A stretch of 64,000 nt of DNA from Eledone cirrhosa. Taxonomy: Eukaryota. The notes beneath the pieces are model-generated. The model did not search any database, was not told the DNA's origin, and saw nothing but the letters and a program-made list of their open reading frames with translations. Shown one piece after another: positions 26,332-39,573 of this stretch (the stretch's first letter is position 1; each line of letters begins with the position of its first letter). Location of the stretch: the NCBI GenBank assembly GCA_964016885.1, contig OZ024750.1, forward strand, positions 36,270,001 through 36,334,000. Reading direction: 5' to 3'. The translations under genes and the position numbers were made by a program.

Positions 26332-27191
26332 AAATACAATAGTATATATGGAGTAATGTAAATACTAAAGGGTTGAAATACAATAGTATATATAGAGTAA
26401 TTTAAATACTAAAGGGTTAAAATATAATAGTATATATAGAGTAATTTAAATACTAAAGGGTTAAAATACAATAGTATATATAGAGTAATGTAAATACTAA
26501 AGGGTTAAAATACAATAGTATATATAGAGTAATGTGAATACTAAAGGGTTAAAATACAATAGTATATATAGAGTAATGTAAATACTAAAGGGTTAAAATA
26601 CAATAGTATATATAGAGTAATGTAAATACTAAAGGGTTAAAATACAATAGTATATATAGAGTAATGTAAATACTAAAGGGTTAAAATATAATAGTATATA
26701 TAGAGTAATGTAACTACTAAAGGATTAAAATACAATAGTATATAAGAGTAATTAAATACTAAAGGGTTAAAATACAATAGTATATATAGAGTAATGTAAA
26801 TACTAAAGGGTTAAAATACAATAGTATATATAGAGTAATGTAAATACTAAAGGGTTAAAATACAATAGTATATATAGAGTAATGTAAATACTAAAGGGTT
26901 AAAATACAATAGTATATATAGAGTAATGTAAATACTATAGGGTTAAAATACAATAGTATATATAGAGTAATGTAAATACTAAAGGGTTAAAATACAATAG
27001 TATATATAGAGTAATGTAAATACTAAAGGGTTAAAATACAATAGTATATATAGAGTAATGTAAATACTATAGGGTTAAAATACAATAGTATATATAGAGT
27101 AATGTAAATACTAAAGGGTTAAAATACAATAGTATATATAGAGTAATGTAAATACTAAAGGGTTAAAATACAATAGTATATATAGAGTAAT
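26332..27191. repeat. 44-bp tandem array (about 19 copies) derived from a MITE terminus
   Basis: Unit aaatacaatagtatatatagagtaatgtaaatactaaagggtta equals the end of the TTAA MITE starting at 26161. Confidence 0.95.
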
Positions 27192-29147
27192 TGTTTCTAC
27201 TTTAGGTACAAGGCCAGCAATTACCCAGTGCATTACTGGTACTTTATTTTATCGACCCCGTAAGGATGAAAGGGAAAGTCAACCTCTGCGGGATTTGAAC
27301 TCAGATCGTAAAGGGACGTAACTATGCTGGAAAGCATGGCGTCCGACCCTCTACCGATACTGCCAATCCACCGCCCTAGTATATATAGAGTAATGTAAAT
27401 ACTAAAGGTTAACCCTTAACTTTTGAAACTCCTAAACGGGTTGTAGTGGTGTTGTAGTGACACTTATATATATATAATGTATGTGTGTATGTGTATATAT
27501 ATATGTGTGTGTGTGTATATATATGTGTGTGTGTGTATATATATGTGTGTGTGTCTATATATATATATGTGTGTGTGTGTGTTTATATGTGTGTGTATAC
27601 ATATGTGTATGTGTGTGAGTGTGTGTGTGTGTGTGTTAGGTATGTTAAAAGCCTGGCTGAGCCAATCTCCTCTCTAAGGCTGAACACAGTGAATTTCTTC
27701 CAGAGAAAGTGACAAAGAGAGAGAGTGTGATAGAAAGGAAGTGCGAAAGAGTTATAGAGGAAGAATTGACCCGAGTACTGGACTAGGGCTTTATCAACTG
27801 TGATGGGATGAATGGCAGAGTTGACCTCAGCAGGTTTTAACCCTTTAGTATTCGCATTACTCTATATATGCTATTATATTTTCATGGTAAAGGCTTTACC
27901 TCACATAATTATCTCACATAATATCAAATCTATGAGATTTTGAAAGTATTTATTTTGAGAACAATACCTTAACATCAGTTTGAGCGACCAGTTACAGCCA
28001 GTTTCAACAGAAAGGGGTAGAGAATTCTGGCCGGTTTTGGCCGGTTTGAAGATTAAAGGGTTAAACTGAAAGAGCAGAGAGCTGGAAAAAATACTTCAAA
28101 CCATTCTAACTGAAGTTCAAATAACTCTGCTAATTAGCCACCTCAATGTATTCTATACTAGACATCAATTTAATATCAATATTTTACATATGTTTCAAAG
28201 AATGAAAAAATAGTTTTTCCTAATTAATTCTTCCATTTTTTTTTCAATGAATTTTAATTTTGGTATTTAAATAAAGTTCATGGCCTTGTGGTTAGGGTGA
28301 TTCGCTTAGGATCATAATGTCATAGGTTCAATTCCTGGATTGGTTTGTGTGTTGTGTTCTTAATCAGAACACTTCATTTCACATTAGCTGAGGCTTTAAC
28401 TTTACAATGGACTGGTGACCTGTCTAGGGGGGATTCTTGTACTCTCAGTCACTTAATGCCACAGATATTGAGATAAGTGCCAGCTTGATCAGCCTCTGGG
28501 CTTGAGACAGACTTTAACCCTGTGATGGACTGGTATCCTATCTAGGGAGAAGTTGTGTACTCTCAGTTACTTCATACCACAGAAACCAGCATAAGCACCG
28601 GCCTGATGTACCTCTGTGGTACATCAGGCCGGTGTGTTAGGTATGTTAAAAGCCTGGCTGAGCCAATCTCCTCTCTAAGGCTGAACACAGTGAATTTCTT
28701 CCAGAGAAAGTGACAAAGAGAGAGAGTGTGCTTGAGGCAGTCTTTAACATTGCAATGGACTGGTGTACTGTCCAGGAGGGAACCTTGTTCTTATACAACT
28801 TTTGATATAAGTTTCAGAGTATTAAGATTATTTCATTTACTTTCCAATCCCAACAATCGGTAGAGCTAACAGATCTCTATGTAATATATATATATATATA
28901 GTAATAATAATAAATTTGAAGGCTAAAATCCAAAGAGGATAAATATATATCAAATATATAAGAACCCTAGTGGTTTTGTCTTTGTGTGTAATTGTTCTCA
29001 TCGCTCCACATAATGACGTATTATCTTCGCTTTTTTCCGTTCATTGCCAGGCAACATCTTCATGAATCAAAGTATCGTCTTCCTGTTTTCCTTCGGTTGC
29101 AACGTTTTTCGAAATATTTACTTCTGTGTTCACAGATTGATTTTTTT

Positions 29148-29198
29148 AGTTTCAGAAGATCCCGTTAAGGGTGAAAGCAGCGATTCTTTGCTTAAACT
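29148..29198 (+). ncRNA. Hammerhead-like motif with variant core CAGAAGA
   Basis: agttt-CAGAAGA-tccc gttaa gggt-GAAA-gca..tgc-TT-aaact; second copy at 56138. Confidence 0.7.
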
Positions 29199-29226
29199 TT
29201 AATCGGTTATTTAATATATATATATA

Positions 29227-29420
29227 TATAGGAACCAGTAAGACCCCGACGGCTGAGCTCAAGCCGTTTCGACGGCTAATTCTGCAGAATTAGCCGTCGA
29301 AACGGCTTGAGCTCAGCCGTCGGGGTCTTACTGGTTCCTATTACCCACTCTACTACCCTAAGTATTAAGTACTTTGGTGCGTTATGGTCCACCTGGTTCC
29401 TTACCACATTTCCTTCGTTA
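29227..29420 (+). mobile_element. Family A fold-back hairpin insertion
   Basis: Perfect palindrome about 29227-29342 centred on ttctgcagaa; GAAAC-ggcttgagctcagcc-GTC; long arm to (TA)n. Confidence 0.85.
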
Positions 29421-30194
29421 TATATATATACACACACACATATACAGAGAGTGAGAGAGAAAATTCTTTAGAAATAACACAAATAATTATATATTTATTT
29501 CAACAATGGAAAAAGAAAGAAATTAGACTAAACTCTAGGTTAATATTCCCAGAGTGTCAGAAAATACCAACCTCTGTGAAACCTATTTAGAAGTTTATAG
29601 CATATATATTTCTTCACAAGGAAATATTATCGCTATACAACCGACAATTAATTTCTATTTTTCTATTAAACAATTGGTGATATGTTCTATAAATTAATGT
29701 AACATATCTAAAAAGGAAAACAGGCAAAATAATGTCAATATTTTTTTTTTTTCATTGTCTTTAAAAGCTATTTTAACTTGATAACTGTTGTTACTAAAGT
29801 AAATTGAAAACAATTTCTTTCAAGCTGTCTTCTGAAACATAACATTTTTTTGTGTTTATTTCCTTATCTTCATTATATAAGTGAATGAATTACTGAGACT
29901 GCGCTGCCTCTAAGTGTGTCTAGCTGTGTGTGTATCTAGGTATATGTGTGTGTATCGATCTTTGTGTTGTGTATAGCTAGGTGTGTGTGTGAGTGTCTCT
30001 CGGTGTTTTGTATGTGTATCTAGATATGTATGTGTGTGTTTCTGTATGCATGTACATACACATGCACACATACACACATAAACATACATCAATTCATGCA
30101 TACATACACACACATGCACACACAGATACATACTTATGTACAGATACACACACACACACACACACACACACAACATTCACATGCATACAAACAG

Positions 30195-30231
<37 letters not shown>

Positions 30232-30689
30232 CCTGTGGCAAGAAAACAGTGTAATTGGAATTCATGAAGAAAAAATTTGTGAGGTGATCTCTGATATGTA
30301 ATAAAAATGAACATCAGATGACGTAAGAAACCTGCAATCAGTCATATCTATTGGAATAAAAAAACAAAAACTTTTTTCATCATTGAAATTCGCTTTAGCT
30401 GTCTTTGTTTACACTTTACCATTTAAACCAGCCACATCTGACCAGAATTATTTCACCTCTTTCTGTCCAAACTGGTTGTAACTAGCTGCTGATACTGTTG
30501 TTTAGGTATTGTTCTCAAAATAAGTATCAAAATCTCATAGATTCGATATTATGTGAAGATAATTATGTGGGATAAAGTGTTTACCATGAAAAACAATAGT
30601 AAATGTAGAGTAATGTAAATGCCAAAGAGTTTAAACTGATGTTCTCTTCAGATCTGTATTTTCTTGGTGATATAGTGAGACAGCACTGA

Positions 30690-31085
30690 TTTTCATTCGA
30701 GCTATGGGGTTCCTCCTAAGGGTCTTTGGTGTAACGTTACTTGATAGAGCACAGAGCTTGGAGATCAGAGAATCACTCCAGGTAGAACAGCTACTTCTCT
30801 GAATTGAGAGATCACAGCTCTGATACTATGGACATGTGGTTAGAATGTCTCAGGAAAGAATTGCTGGATAGATTTTAGGGGCAAAACCAACTGGCAGGAA
30901 ACCCAGGGGTAGACCTCCAAGCAAGATGGTTGGATAACATCCATGAGCTTGGCTGGTCTTGCTTGGAGATTCAGCCGCATCAGTGGGAGACAGTTGCTTT
31001 TGACAGGACCCGCTGGAAGGAGTGTTTAAGGACTTTGCCCCCATGACCCCCTCAGGAATAAATGGGTGAAGAAGAAAGAAGAAGA
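30690..31085 (+). mobile_element. RTE-like LINE 3' fragment with (gaa)n tail
   Basis: Encodes degenerate IERSQL..YGHVVRMSQER..GRP..RW; homologous to the 24.0-24.8 kb region. Confidence 0.75.
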
Positions 31086-31516
31086 CACAAGGCAGTGTAT
31101 TGGCAGAGTCATTCGAACATCAGATAGAATGCTTTTGTAGTATTTGTTCCAGCTCTCTGCTCTCAAATCCTGCCGAGGTCATCTTTGCCTCGGCAGGATT
31201 TGAGAGCAGAGAGGTCATCTTTGCCTTTCATCCATTTAAGGTTGATAAAAAAAGTACCAGTCTATGTCTCTTTCTCACTTCCATTCTCTCAACCTCTATC
31301 CTTCTCAGGAAAAAGTCTGCTGTATTTGGATCTAGAGAGGAGATGGGCTTTGCCAAGTTTAAAAAGTTCTCTGGAAACACTGTATATCAATGTAGTACCC
31401 CTACGACTCCTTCAGGAGTTAGGGAACCATTGATAGACACATACATGTCTTTGTTTTGAATGTTTCCTGCAGAACATTTCTGTATTATTTTAATATAGAC
31501 ATATGATGTATTATTT

Positions 31517-31744
31517 TTAACCCTTTAGCATTCACATTACTCTATATATACTATTATATTTTCATGGTAAAGGCTTTATCCCGCATAATTATCTCACATA
31601 ATATCGAATCTATGAGATTTTGAAAGTATTTATTTTGAGAACAATACCTCAACATCAGTATGAGTGGCCAGTTACAGCCAGTTTCAACAGAAAGAGGTAG
31701 AGAATTCTGGCCGGTTTTGGTCAGTTTGAACATTAAAGGGTTAA
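31517..31744. mobile_element. piggyBac-type MITE (other copies about 26161-26377, 27837-28064, 30414-30634)
   Basis: TTAA-cccttta...taaaggg-TTAA termini, about 225 bp, four homologous copies. Confidence 0.8.
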
Positions 31745-31856
31745 ATAAACTTCTGATATTAGAATGAGCTAACTATGCTATTTCAAATTATAAACCTATT
31801 TTACAAAAGTAGGGTTTGATCGAATGAAGTCAGGTTACACCATAAATGAACTTTAT

Positions 31857-31948
31857 TGCATATGACAATTGTATCGATATCAATCAGCTTCTGGTACAAT
31901 CATAATGTTCAAGGCCCATCTCTGCACTGACTTCTCTTCAGATGTGTA
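31857..31948 (-). ncRNA. Degenerate hammerhead ribozyme
   Basis: acacat-CTGAAGA-gaagtcag..ctgattgatatc-GATAC (for GAAAC)-aatt-GTC-atatgc-AATAAA. Confidence 0.55.
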
Positions 31949-32644
31949 TTTGTAGGTGCATGTTACAGCTACCTTAACCTTGGAGTACACCGCAGAAGCT
32001 GATTTAATCTCAATTTTTTTCTATCCTTGTTTTACTTGTGAATTGTCATTCAAGCGTGGAAAGCTGTCTGTGAAAGCGATGATGATGATCATGAAGTAAA
32101 ACTACAACAGATGAGAGGAATTAGAGAAGAGCTTGGGTTTAACTTGAGTTTCTCTGTGTTAAATGAGCTCAAGCTTTTAATTATCATCATCACTACCAAA
32201 TCACTAAGACGAAGGTACGTGATAAGTGGAGAGATGCTGTGCTGAGAAGGACCCATCCAAAAATGCAAGCATGGAAAAGAAAAGCGGACGTAAATCAATG
32301 TTGATTATGTGTATATATATATATATATATATTTATATGTAATCAATAACAGTCGATTCGTTTGCAATTATGCAGCTCTGTTCACATGCCAACACAAGAG
32401 CAAGAATGAAGGGTTCATTCTACTGACATGGCTATAAAATGGAGGCTTGTTTGCATAATTGCAAATGAATCGAATGTTATTATTAATATTCGAAAAACTC
32501 AGATTACATTTATTTAGAAATAAATATATATATATATATATCAATATATATATATAATATATTTATATATATAATATATATCTATATAATATATATAATA
32601 TATATATAATATATATATGATATATATATATATAATATATCTAT

Positions 32645-33231
32645 CTAGGGCGGGTAAAATTCCCGAGATCCATGGACGAGTTCTCTCCAGCGGTCTCTGT
32701 CCCTCATTATTGCTGCCATGTCCTGCATCTCCAACAGACCAGTGTCTGTCCTTAGGGCATCAACATACATCAACCTTGGTCTTCCACTTCCAGTGTGTCC
32801 AGCTAACCTCAGTCTCCTCTGTGTCACTTTGGAGCTGACTTTTGGGAGGCTCCCATACAGCTCTGAGATTTTCATTCTCAGTGTATACTGATTAATGTTC
32901 AGAGCCATCCTCAGCATTCTTATGTAGCACTCATCCAACATCTGAGTGAGTTTCTTGGTCAGTGTCCAAGTCTCAGACCCGTACAGCAGCACAGACTCCA
33001 CTACAGCAATAAAGAGGCGGATTTTGAGAATGTTGAGGAGCCAGAGGGGATCACTAATGTAGGTGGGAAGCCGCTAGAATTGGTTGAGGACTTCCTGTAT
33101 TTGGGAGCAAAGATTGGGAATACGGAAGATGATGTGGTTGAGAGGAAGAGCAAAGCGTGGGCAGCGTGCCACAGCTTGAGATCGGTGTGGAAGTCGGACC
33201 TTCGTAAAGACCTGAAAATCCGCCTCTTCAT
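32645..33231 (-). mobile_element. RTE-like LINE 3' fragment with inverted 5' part, inserted in (TA)n
   Basis: Minus 32645-33001 reads ESVLLYGSETWTLT..RRLRLAGH..GRP. Plus 33002-33231 reads VEDFLYLGAKI..RKSKAWAAC..VWKSDL..LKIRLF. Confidence 0.9.
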
Positions 33232-33546
33232 ATAATATATATAATATATATATATATAATATATATATAATATATATATATAATATATATATATATTATA
33301 TATATATATTATATATATATATATTATATATAATATATTATATATATATATAATATATATATATAATATATATATATATATAATATATATATATATAATA
33401 TATATATATATATAATATATATATATATAATATATATATATATATATAATATATATATATATAATATATATATATAATATATATATATATTATATATATA
33501 TATATTATATATTATATATATATATATTATATATTATATATATATA

Positions 33547-33579
<33 letters not shown>

Positions 33580-33899
33580 ATATCATCATCATCACAGTTT
33601 TACGTCCGTTCTTCCACGCTAGCATGGGTTAGACGGGTTGTCCTGTTGTGGGCAGTAGCCGCTCGTCGGCTGACCATGCTCATACGGACACTGATTCTGG
33701 CTTGATTTCTACAGCAGGATGCCCTTCCTAACACCAACCTCATTTACAGTGAGTGCTGGGTGCTTTTTTGCCGTGGCACCTCCACGACCACTTTGCAGTG
33801 GGAGGGGGTGGGGGCATATTCTCTATATGCTTCAATTCCAGCTTGTAACCATGGGGAGGAGGGGGTCAGGTCGGGTCTTCTGTATTACTGCGTGATGCC

Positions 33900-34200
33900 A
33901 GAGGTCACAGTCTGTGTCATCGCCTTTGAGAGGTCTAATTGGGTTAGGTTGGCTTTTATCACCTCATCCCAGGTCTTCTTGGGTCTCCGCGGCTTCGATC
34001 GACTTCTAGTTCTCTGCACCTTTTTATGCAGCTGTCATCCTTTATACCCATCACATGTCTATACCAACACAATCTCTTCTCCTGCACACAACATTTGAAA
34101 CCTCTTATGCTCAGTCTCTCTCTCAATTCGTTTATGCTTTGCCATTTGCATATGTTACTATTACACATCCATGGGAGCATGCAGGCTTCATTTCTTTCTA
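33900..34200 (-). pseudogene. RTE LINE 3' fragment
   Basis: [27 protein letters not shown]. Confidence 0.85.
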
Positions 34201-34269
34201 AAATAAAGTACCAGTAATGTACTGGGTAATTGATGGCCTTGTGCCAAAAGTAGAAACAATTATTAATAA

Positions 34270-34304
<35 letters not shown>

Positions 34305-34309
<5 letters not shown>

Positions 34310-34610
34310 GAGTTCAAGCCCCAACGGCTGAACTCTTGCCGTTTCAACAGCTAGTTCCAAACTGCAGTAAACTTTTGTTAGACCATTACTCACCAGGGTA
34401 CTCAATACTAGGGGTAGTAGAGTGTGGTAACATGAAAGATTTGGGACCACGATGGTTGAGCACTTGCAATTTCAACAGCTAGTTCCAAACTAGCTGTTGA
34501 AACAGCAAGAGCTCAACTTTCATGGTCCCAATTCTTTCATATTACCATATTCTACTACCCCTAGTATTGAGTACTCTGGTGAGTAATGGTCTAAGAGATT
34601 TTTACTGTAT
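34305..34610. mobile_element. Family A-related symmetric fold-back plus a third partial arm
   Basis: Inverted arms about 34358-34606 around ctagttccaaactag; 34305-34362 repeats the inner arm. Confidence 0.75.
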
Positions 34611-35049
34611 CCATTTATATATATACATATATATATATATATATAGCTTAGTGGTTAGAGCATTGGGCTTGCAATCGAAAGGTTGTGAGTTCAATTCTCG
34701 GACTGGGTGATGTGTTGTTTCCTTGAGCAAGACACTTTATTTCACGTTGCTCCACTTTACTAGGCTGTAGAAATGAAATAATAGGGACTGGGGTCCATAT
34801 CCTTCCACTGTAAAAGTGGTCGTGGAGGCGCCATGGAAAAAAAGCACCCAGTACTCACTGTAAATGAGGTTGGTGTTAGGAAGGGCATCCAGCTGTAGAA
34901 ATCAAGCCAGAATTAGTTCACGTATGAGAAAAACAAGGTCAGCTGACCGGACACTGCCCACAACAGGACAACCCTCTAACCCATGCTAGTGTGGAAGAAC
35001 AGATGTAAAACGGTGATGATGATGATCATGATATATATATATATTTATT

Positions 35050-35250
35050 TACGAGAAACAGCTGAAAAGTTCATAGGCTGACCAAGATATTCTCATGGAA
35101 TGGCCAAATGAGATTTAATTTCCTCATAGACACTGGAAAGAAATAATGCAATTATTAATACGAAGAGTTGAAATTTATGCATGCAAAATTTCACAGCTCT
35201 AGCATCACTCCTTCATAATCCGCCTATGAACTTTTCAGCCAATCTTCATA
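35050..35250. mobile_element. Tc1/mariner-type MITE
   Basis: TIR gctgaaaagttcataggc / gcctatgaacttttcagc with TA-cgag..ca-TA ends. Confidence 0.75.
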
Positions 35251-38200
35251 TTTCCCCTGATGCTCCAATAATTCTGTCGAATCCAATGGCATTTGATTCC
35301 TGAGAAAATAATTCTAGTCATTTTATGCTGCACATCTTGAAAATATGTGAGCCATATTTCTAAACAATTCAGAGAGGAGATTCTATGGGAAAGAGAATTT
35401 CTCTACAGTTTAACAGTGCCAGCTAGTGATTCTGATCAAAGAAAAATACTTTCATTGATAGACCTTTATGCTAAAATGTTATTGCATCATACATAATCAA
35501 TACAATAAATGTTGTCATTGTTATTTTTGTAGTTATACTCCCTGTATTAACAAACATTGAATACGTTGGTAAATAAAAAAAAAATATGATCGGAAATATA
35601 AAGATTGCTAGATACTTAAATATGATACCATGCCAGAATACATTGTTAATATAAGATAGTAAAAGGATGTTCTATATAATTCTTTGATGTACCAAGATTG
35701 CAGCAGAGTCTGCCACCTTATCATCTTGGTAAGAAGAACTACAAACATCATGGTAAATTCTTAGGACAATATATTCAATAAAACTGTAGGGTGGCCATGA
35801 TTAAATGCTAATAAAACAATAACATTTGATTCTCTGCATCAATGTATTAGACTTTTTTCTTTTACCCGTTCTGTAACAGGAAGATCAAACAGACCATAGC
35901 ATCGGTGTAATGCACAAGTTGTCATTATTGGTTACACTTCAAATGCAGCTCACTAACCATATCCTGTGAATATTAAAGTGTCTAGAAATGCTTGTGACAC
36001 AAAATACACTGCACAAATTTAAAAAAATAGTCACATCAGGATTTCAGCCAAAAAAAAAAAATGGTGAAAGATTTTATTTTGAGAATTCAAACTTTAAAAA
36101 AGAGATGTGAAAGTAATAACATACCAGCACAAAACAGAGATCAAACAAGAATTATCACAACACCAGTAAAAATATGAACAACATATTTCAGGATATAATT
36201 ATAACAAAACAGCAATTTAACACTCTATACAACACTTCTTCACAAAAATATGGAAAATGTAACACCACTAACATTGCTTATAAATACTGCCTATATTAGG
36301 CACATGGCTTAGTGGTTAAAGCATTGGCCTTTCAATCGAAAGATTGTGAGTTCAATTCTCAGACCGGGTGAAGTGTTGTTTCCTTGAGCAAAACACTTTA
36401 TTTCACATTGATCCAGTTTACTCAGCTGTAGAAATGAGATGATAGGGACTGGGGTCCATATCATTCCACTGCAAAGTGGCCGTGGAGGTGCCATAGCAAA
36501 AAAGCACCCAGCCCGCACTGTAAAGTGGACGTGAAGGTGCCACGGGAAAAAAAAGCACCCAGCACTCACTGTAAATGAGGTTGGTGTCAGGAAGGGCATC
36601 CAGCTGTAGAAATCAAGCCAGAATCAGTTCCCGTCCCACCCTTGCAAGCAGGGAAAAGCGGACGTAAAATGATGATGATGATGATGATCACTAAATCAAT
36701 CAACATCTAAAACAGATAATAAAAGAGAAGGCAGTCTATGTGGCTTGATGACCTTCTAGAAATAGCAACTTGTCTCCCACCATCCACCAAAAAGCAGCTT
36801 AAACCTTTTTCACGTGATATAAAATAGAAAATTAAAAGTTATGTTATGATTAATAACATATAACACAGCTCCATCCAAAGCAACACCTTCTAGTCTTAAC
36901 CTGAAAATGTTAAAAACACTGTTGTGAAACATAAATAGCATTATAAACATCCATCAAATTAAAATGACTTCCGTCACAATCATCATCATCACCGTTTTTC
37001 GTCCATTCTTCCACGCTAGCATGGGTTAGACGAGTTGTCCTGTTGTGGGCAATGCCAGTCAAGGTGACCATGTCTTGCTCATACAGAACTGATTTTGGCT
37101 TGATTTCTACAGCTGGATCCCCTTCCTAACACTAACCTCATTGCTAGTGAGTACTGGATGCTTTTTGTCATGACACCTACACGACCACTTTACATTGTGG
37201 ACTGGGTGCTTTTTTGTCGTAACACCTACACAACCACTTTACAGTCGGAGTGTGTGTGTGGGGGGGGGGGGATACGGTCTATATACTTCAGCTTTGGCTT
37301 GTACCTGTGGGAAGTCAGGTCTTCTGCTTAACGCCAGAGGTCTCGGTCCTGTGTCATTGCCTTTGAGCAGTGCAATTGGGCTAGATCAGCTTATATATTA
37401 TTACTAGCTCACAAACCCTTCCTAAATACTAGGCTTCAGCAATGCAAAGCAGGACATGGAACATCCTACTAATGTAGGATCTAATAGCCATAAGGATCCA
37501 ATAAAACTTTCAAAAATAAACCTTAAAAATGTAATCATTAGATTTATCAAAATATTTATTCTACCATGAACTCTCTATATAGCCCCATCTGATTCCACAG
37601 ATCACATCTATATTCATTAAACTATGGTTGTGTAGTTAAGAACTTTGCTTCAAAACTACATGGTTTCTAGATGAATTCCACCGTGTGATATCTTGAGCAA
37701 TTATCTTCTACCATAGTTTTTGGTGAATCATTACATTGTAAGAGAAATGGATAGCTGGAAACTGAGTAGATTTTCATCAGAGGTACAATTCCTGTTTTTG
37801 TGTGGTAGGTGGATTGGCAGTATTGGTAGAGGATCGGACACCGTGCTTTTCAGCATAGAGTTACGTCCCTTTATGGTCTAAGTTCAAATCCCGCCGAGGT
37901 TAACTTTGCCTTTCATCCCTGCGGGGGTTGATAAAATAAAGTACCAGTAATGCACTGTGGTTTAATTGCTGGCCTTGTGCCAAAAGTAGGAACAATTATT
38001 ATAGTTTACGTTATAACCTGGTCCTCAGGGCCTTTCAGAAAAAAAAATACTCCGTTTCTGTCCCTTGTCAACAGACTAATTAACATAAGAATAGAGAACA
38101 CACACTCACATACATAGAAATATACACAGGCACACATACAAACATACACGTTAAGGCATCTGATAGAATGCTTTATGGTGTTCGACCCACCTCATTGTGT

Positions 38201-38277
38201 GTTCTGAGTTCAAATCCCACCATGGTCAACTTTGCCATTCATCCTTCCGAGGTTGATAAAAAAATTACCAGTCCAGA

Positions 38278-39573
38278 TGGGCGGAGGTTTATATCATGAT
38301 GATGCACTTTTTGAAGTAACTAATCATAATAACAGCGCCCTTAACAGAAAAAAGAAAATTATAACTGACTTGTTTAATAATTATGGCCTTAAACTTGAAA
38401 TTGAAAATAATAATAAAATAGTTAATTTCTTAGATATAACATTAAACCTTAAATCTGGCCTTTACTATCCATTCCATAAATTAAATGTAAACTTTAATTT
38501 TGTTAGTTTCCATTCAAACAACCCTAGAAATGTTAAAAAGGCTATAGTTAACAGTGTTCAGCAAAGAATCTCTAGACTCTCTGCTAATAAGGACATTTTT
38601 GATAAGGCTAAATACTTAAACGATGCATTAAATAGAGCAGGTTACCCTGATAAAATTGAATATATGGATAAAAATATATATACACATACATCTTATGATA
38701 ATATCCATAGCATAAATCATAGAACTACACCAAATCAATCATATAATAGATATAACTCCTATAAAACCAATAAGCCTAGTAAAAGAATCTGCTCTCATTC
38801 TATTTTATGGTATTCTCCACCATTGTTTCTTGGAATTAGGAAAAGTTTAGTCCACCTATTCTTCAATGCTCTTGATAAATGTTTCCCGAAAAAGCATAAA
38901 TATAGTAGAATTTTTAATAGACATACAATTAAACTCTCATACTCAACCACTTTGAATATTGCCCAAAATATAGTTAAAATTAATAATAGAAATCCAGGAA
39001 CTATTCATATGGAATTAACCACTAACGATAATCAGCCAATCACTATTAATCAACTCCCCAATTAACAACAATTAAACTATGAAAACTATCAACAATCAAA
39101 CTATGAAAACAAAGTGGCATCACTCTAATAACAGCGGAGGTAATTGCAATTGTAAAAATAGTTACTCTTGCTCATTAAATAATAACTGTCTTGACTGTAA
39201 TCTAGTTTACAAATGCATTGTCAAAACCAAAGATAAGTCTTATAATTATATAGGTGCTACTACCTCTAAATTTAAGGAAAGGTGGTATAATCACTGCCTC
39301 ACGTTTAAGAGAGAGGATAAGAGCTTTAGTTCTGCTTTATCTGAATTAATTTGGTCACTTAAAAATAAAAGTATAAAATATTCTCTTTCTTGGCAAAAGC
39401 TCTCTAACGCTTTACCTTATATACATTCTTCCATTTCCAAGGGTTGTAACTTATGTACCTCTGAAATTTTCTATATTCTTAAGAATAGGAAAATAATTAT
39501 TGATAAAAAGTCTGAGATATTTAATTCATGCCTCCACCGTTTCTCAAAATCTTTCCATAGAGTCTTTAGTTAG
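38278..39573 (+). pseudogene. 5'-truncated, disrupted Penelope-like ORF (RT C-terminus + GIY-YIG)
   Basis: GGLYHDD, VNFLDITLNL, HSNNP, WYSPP, CNCKNSYSC, LVYKC..NYIGAT..FKERWYNH and CNLC; split into two ORFs at about 39065-39079. The upstream part of the called ORF is SINE sequence. Confidence 0.92.
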
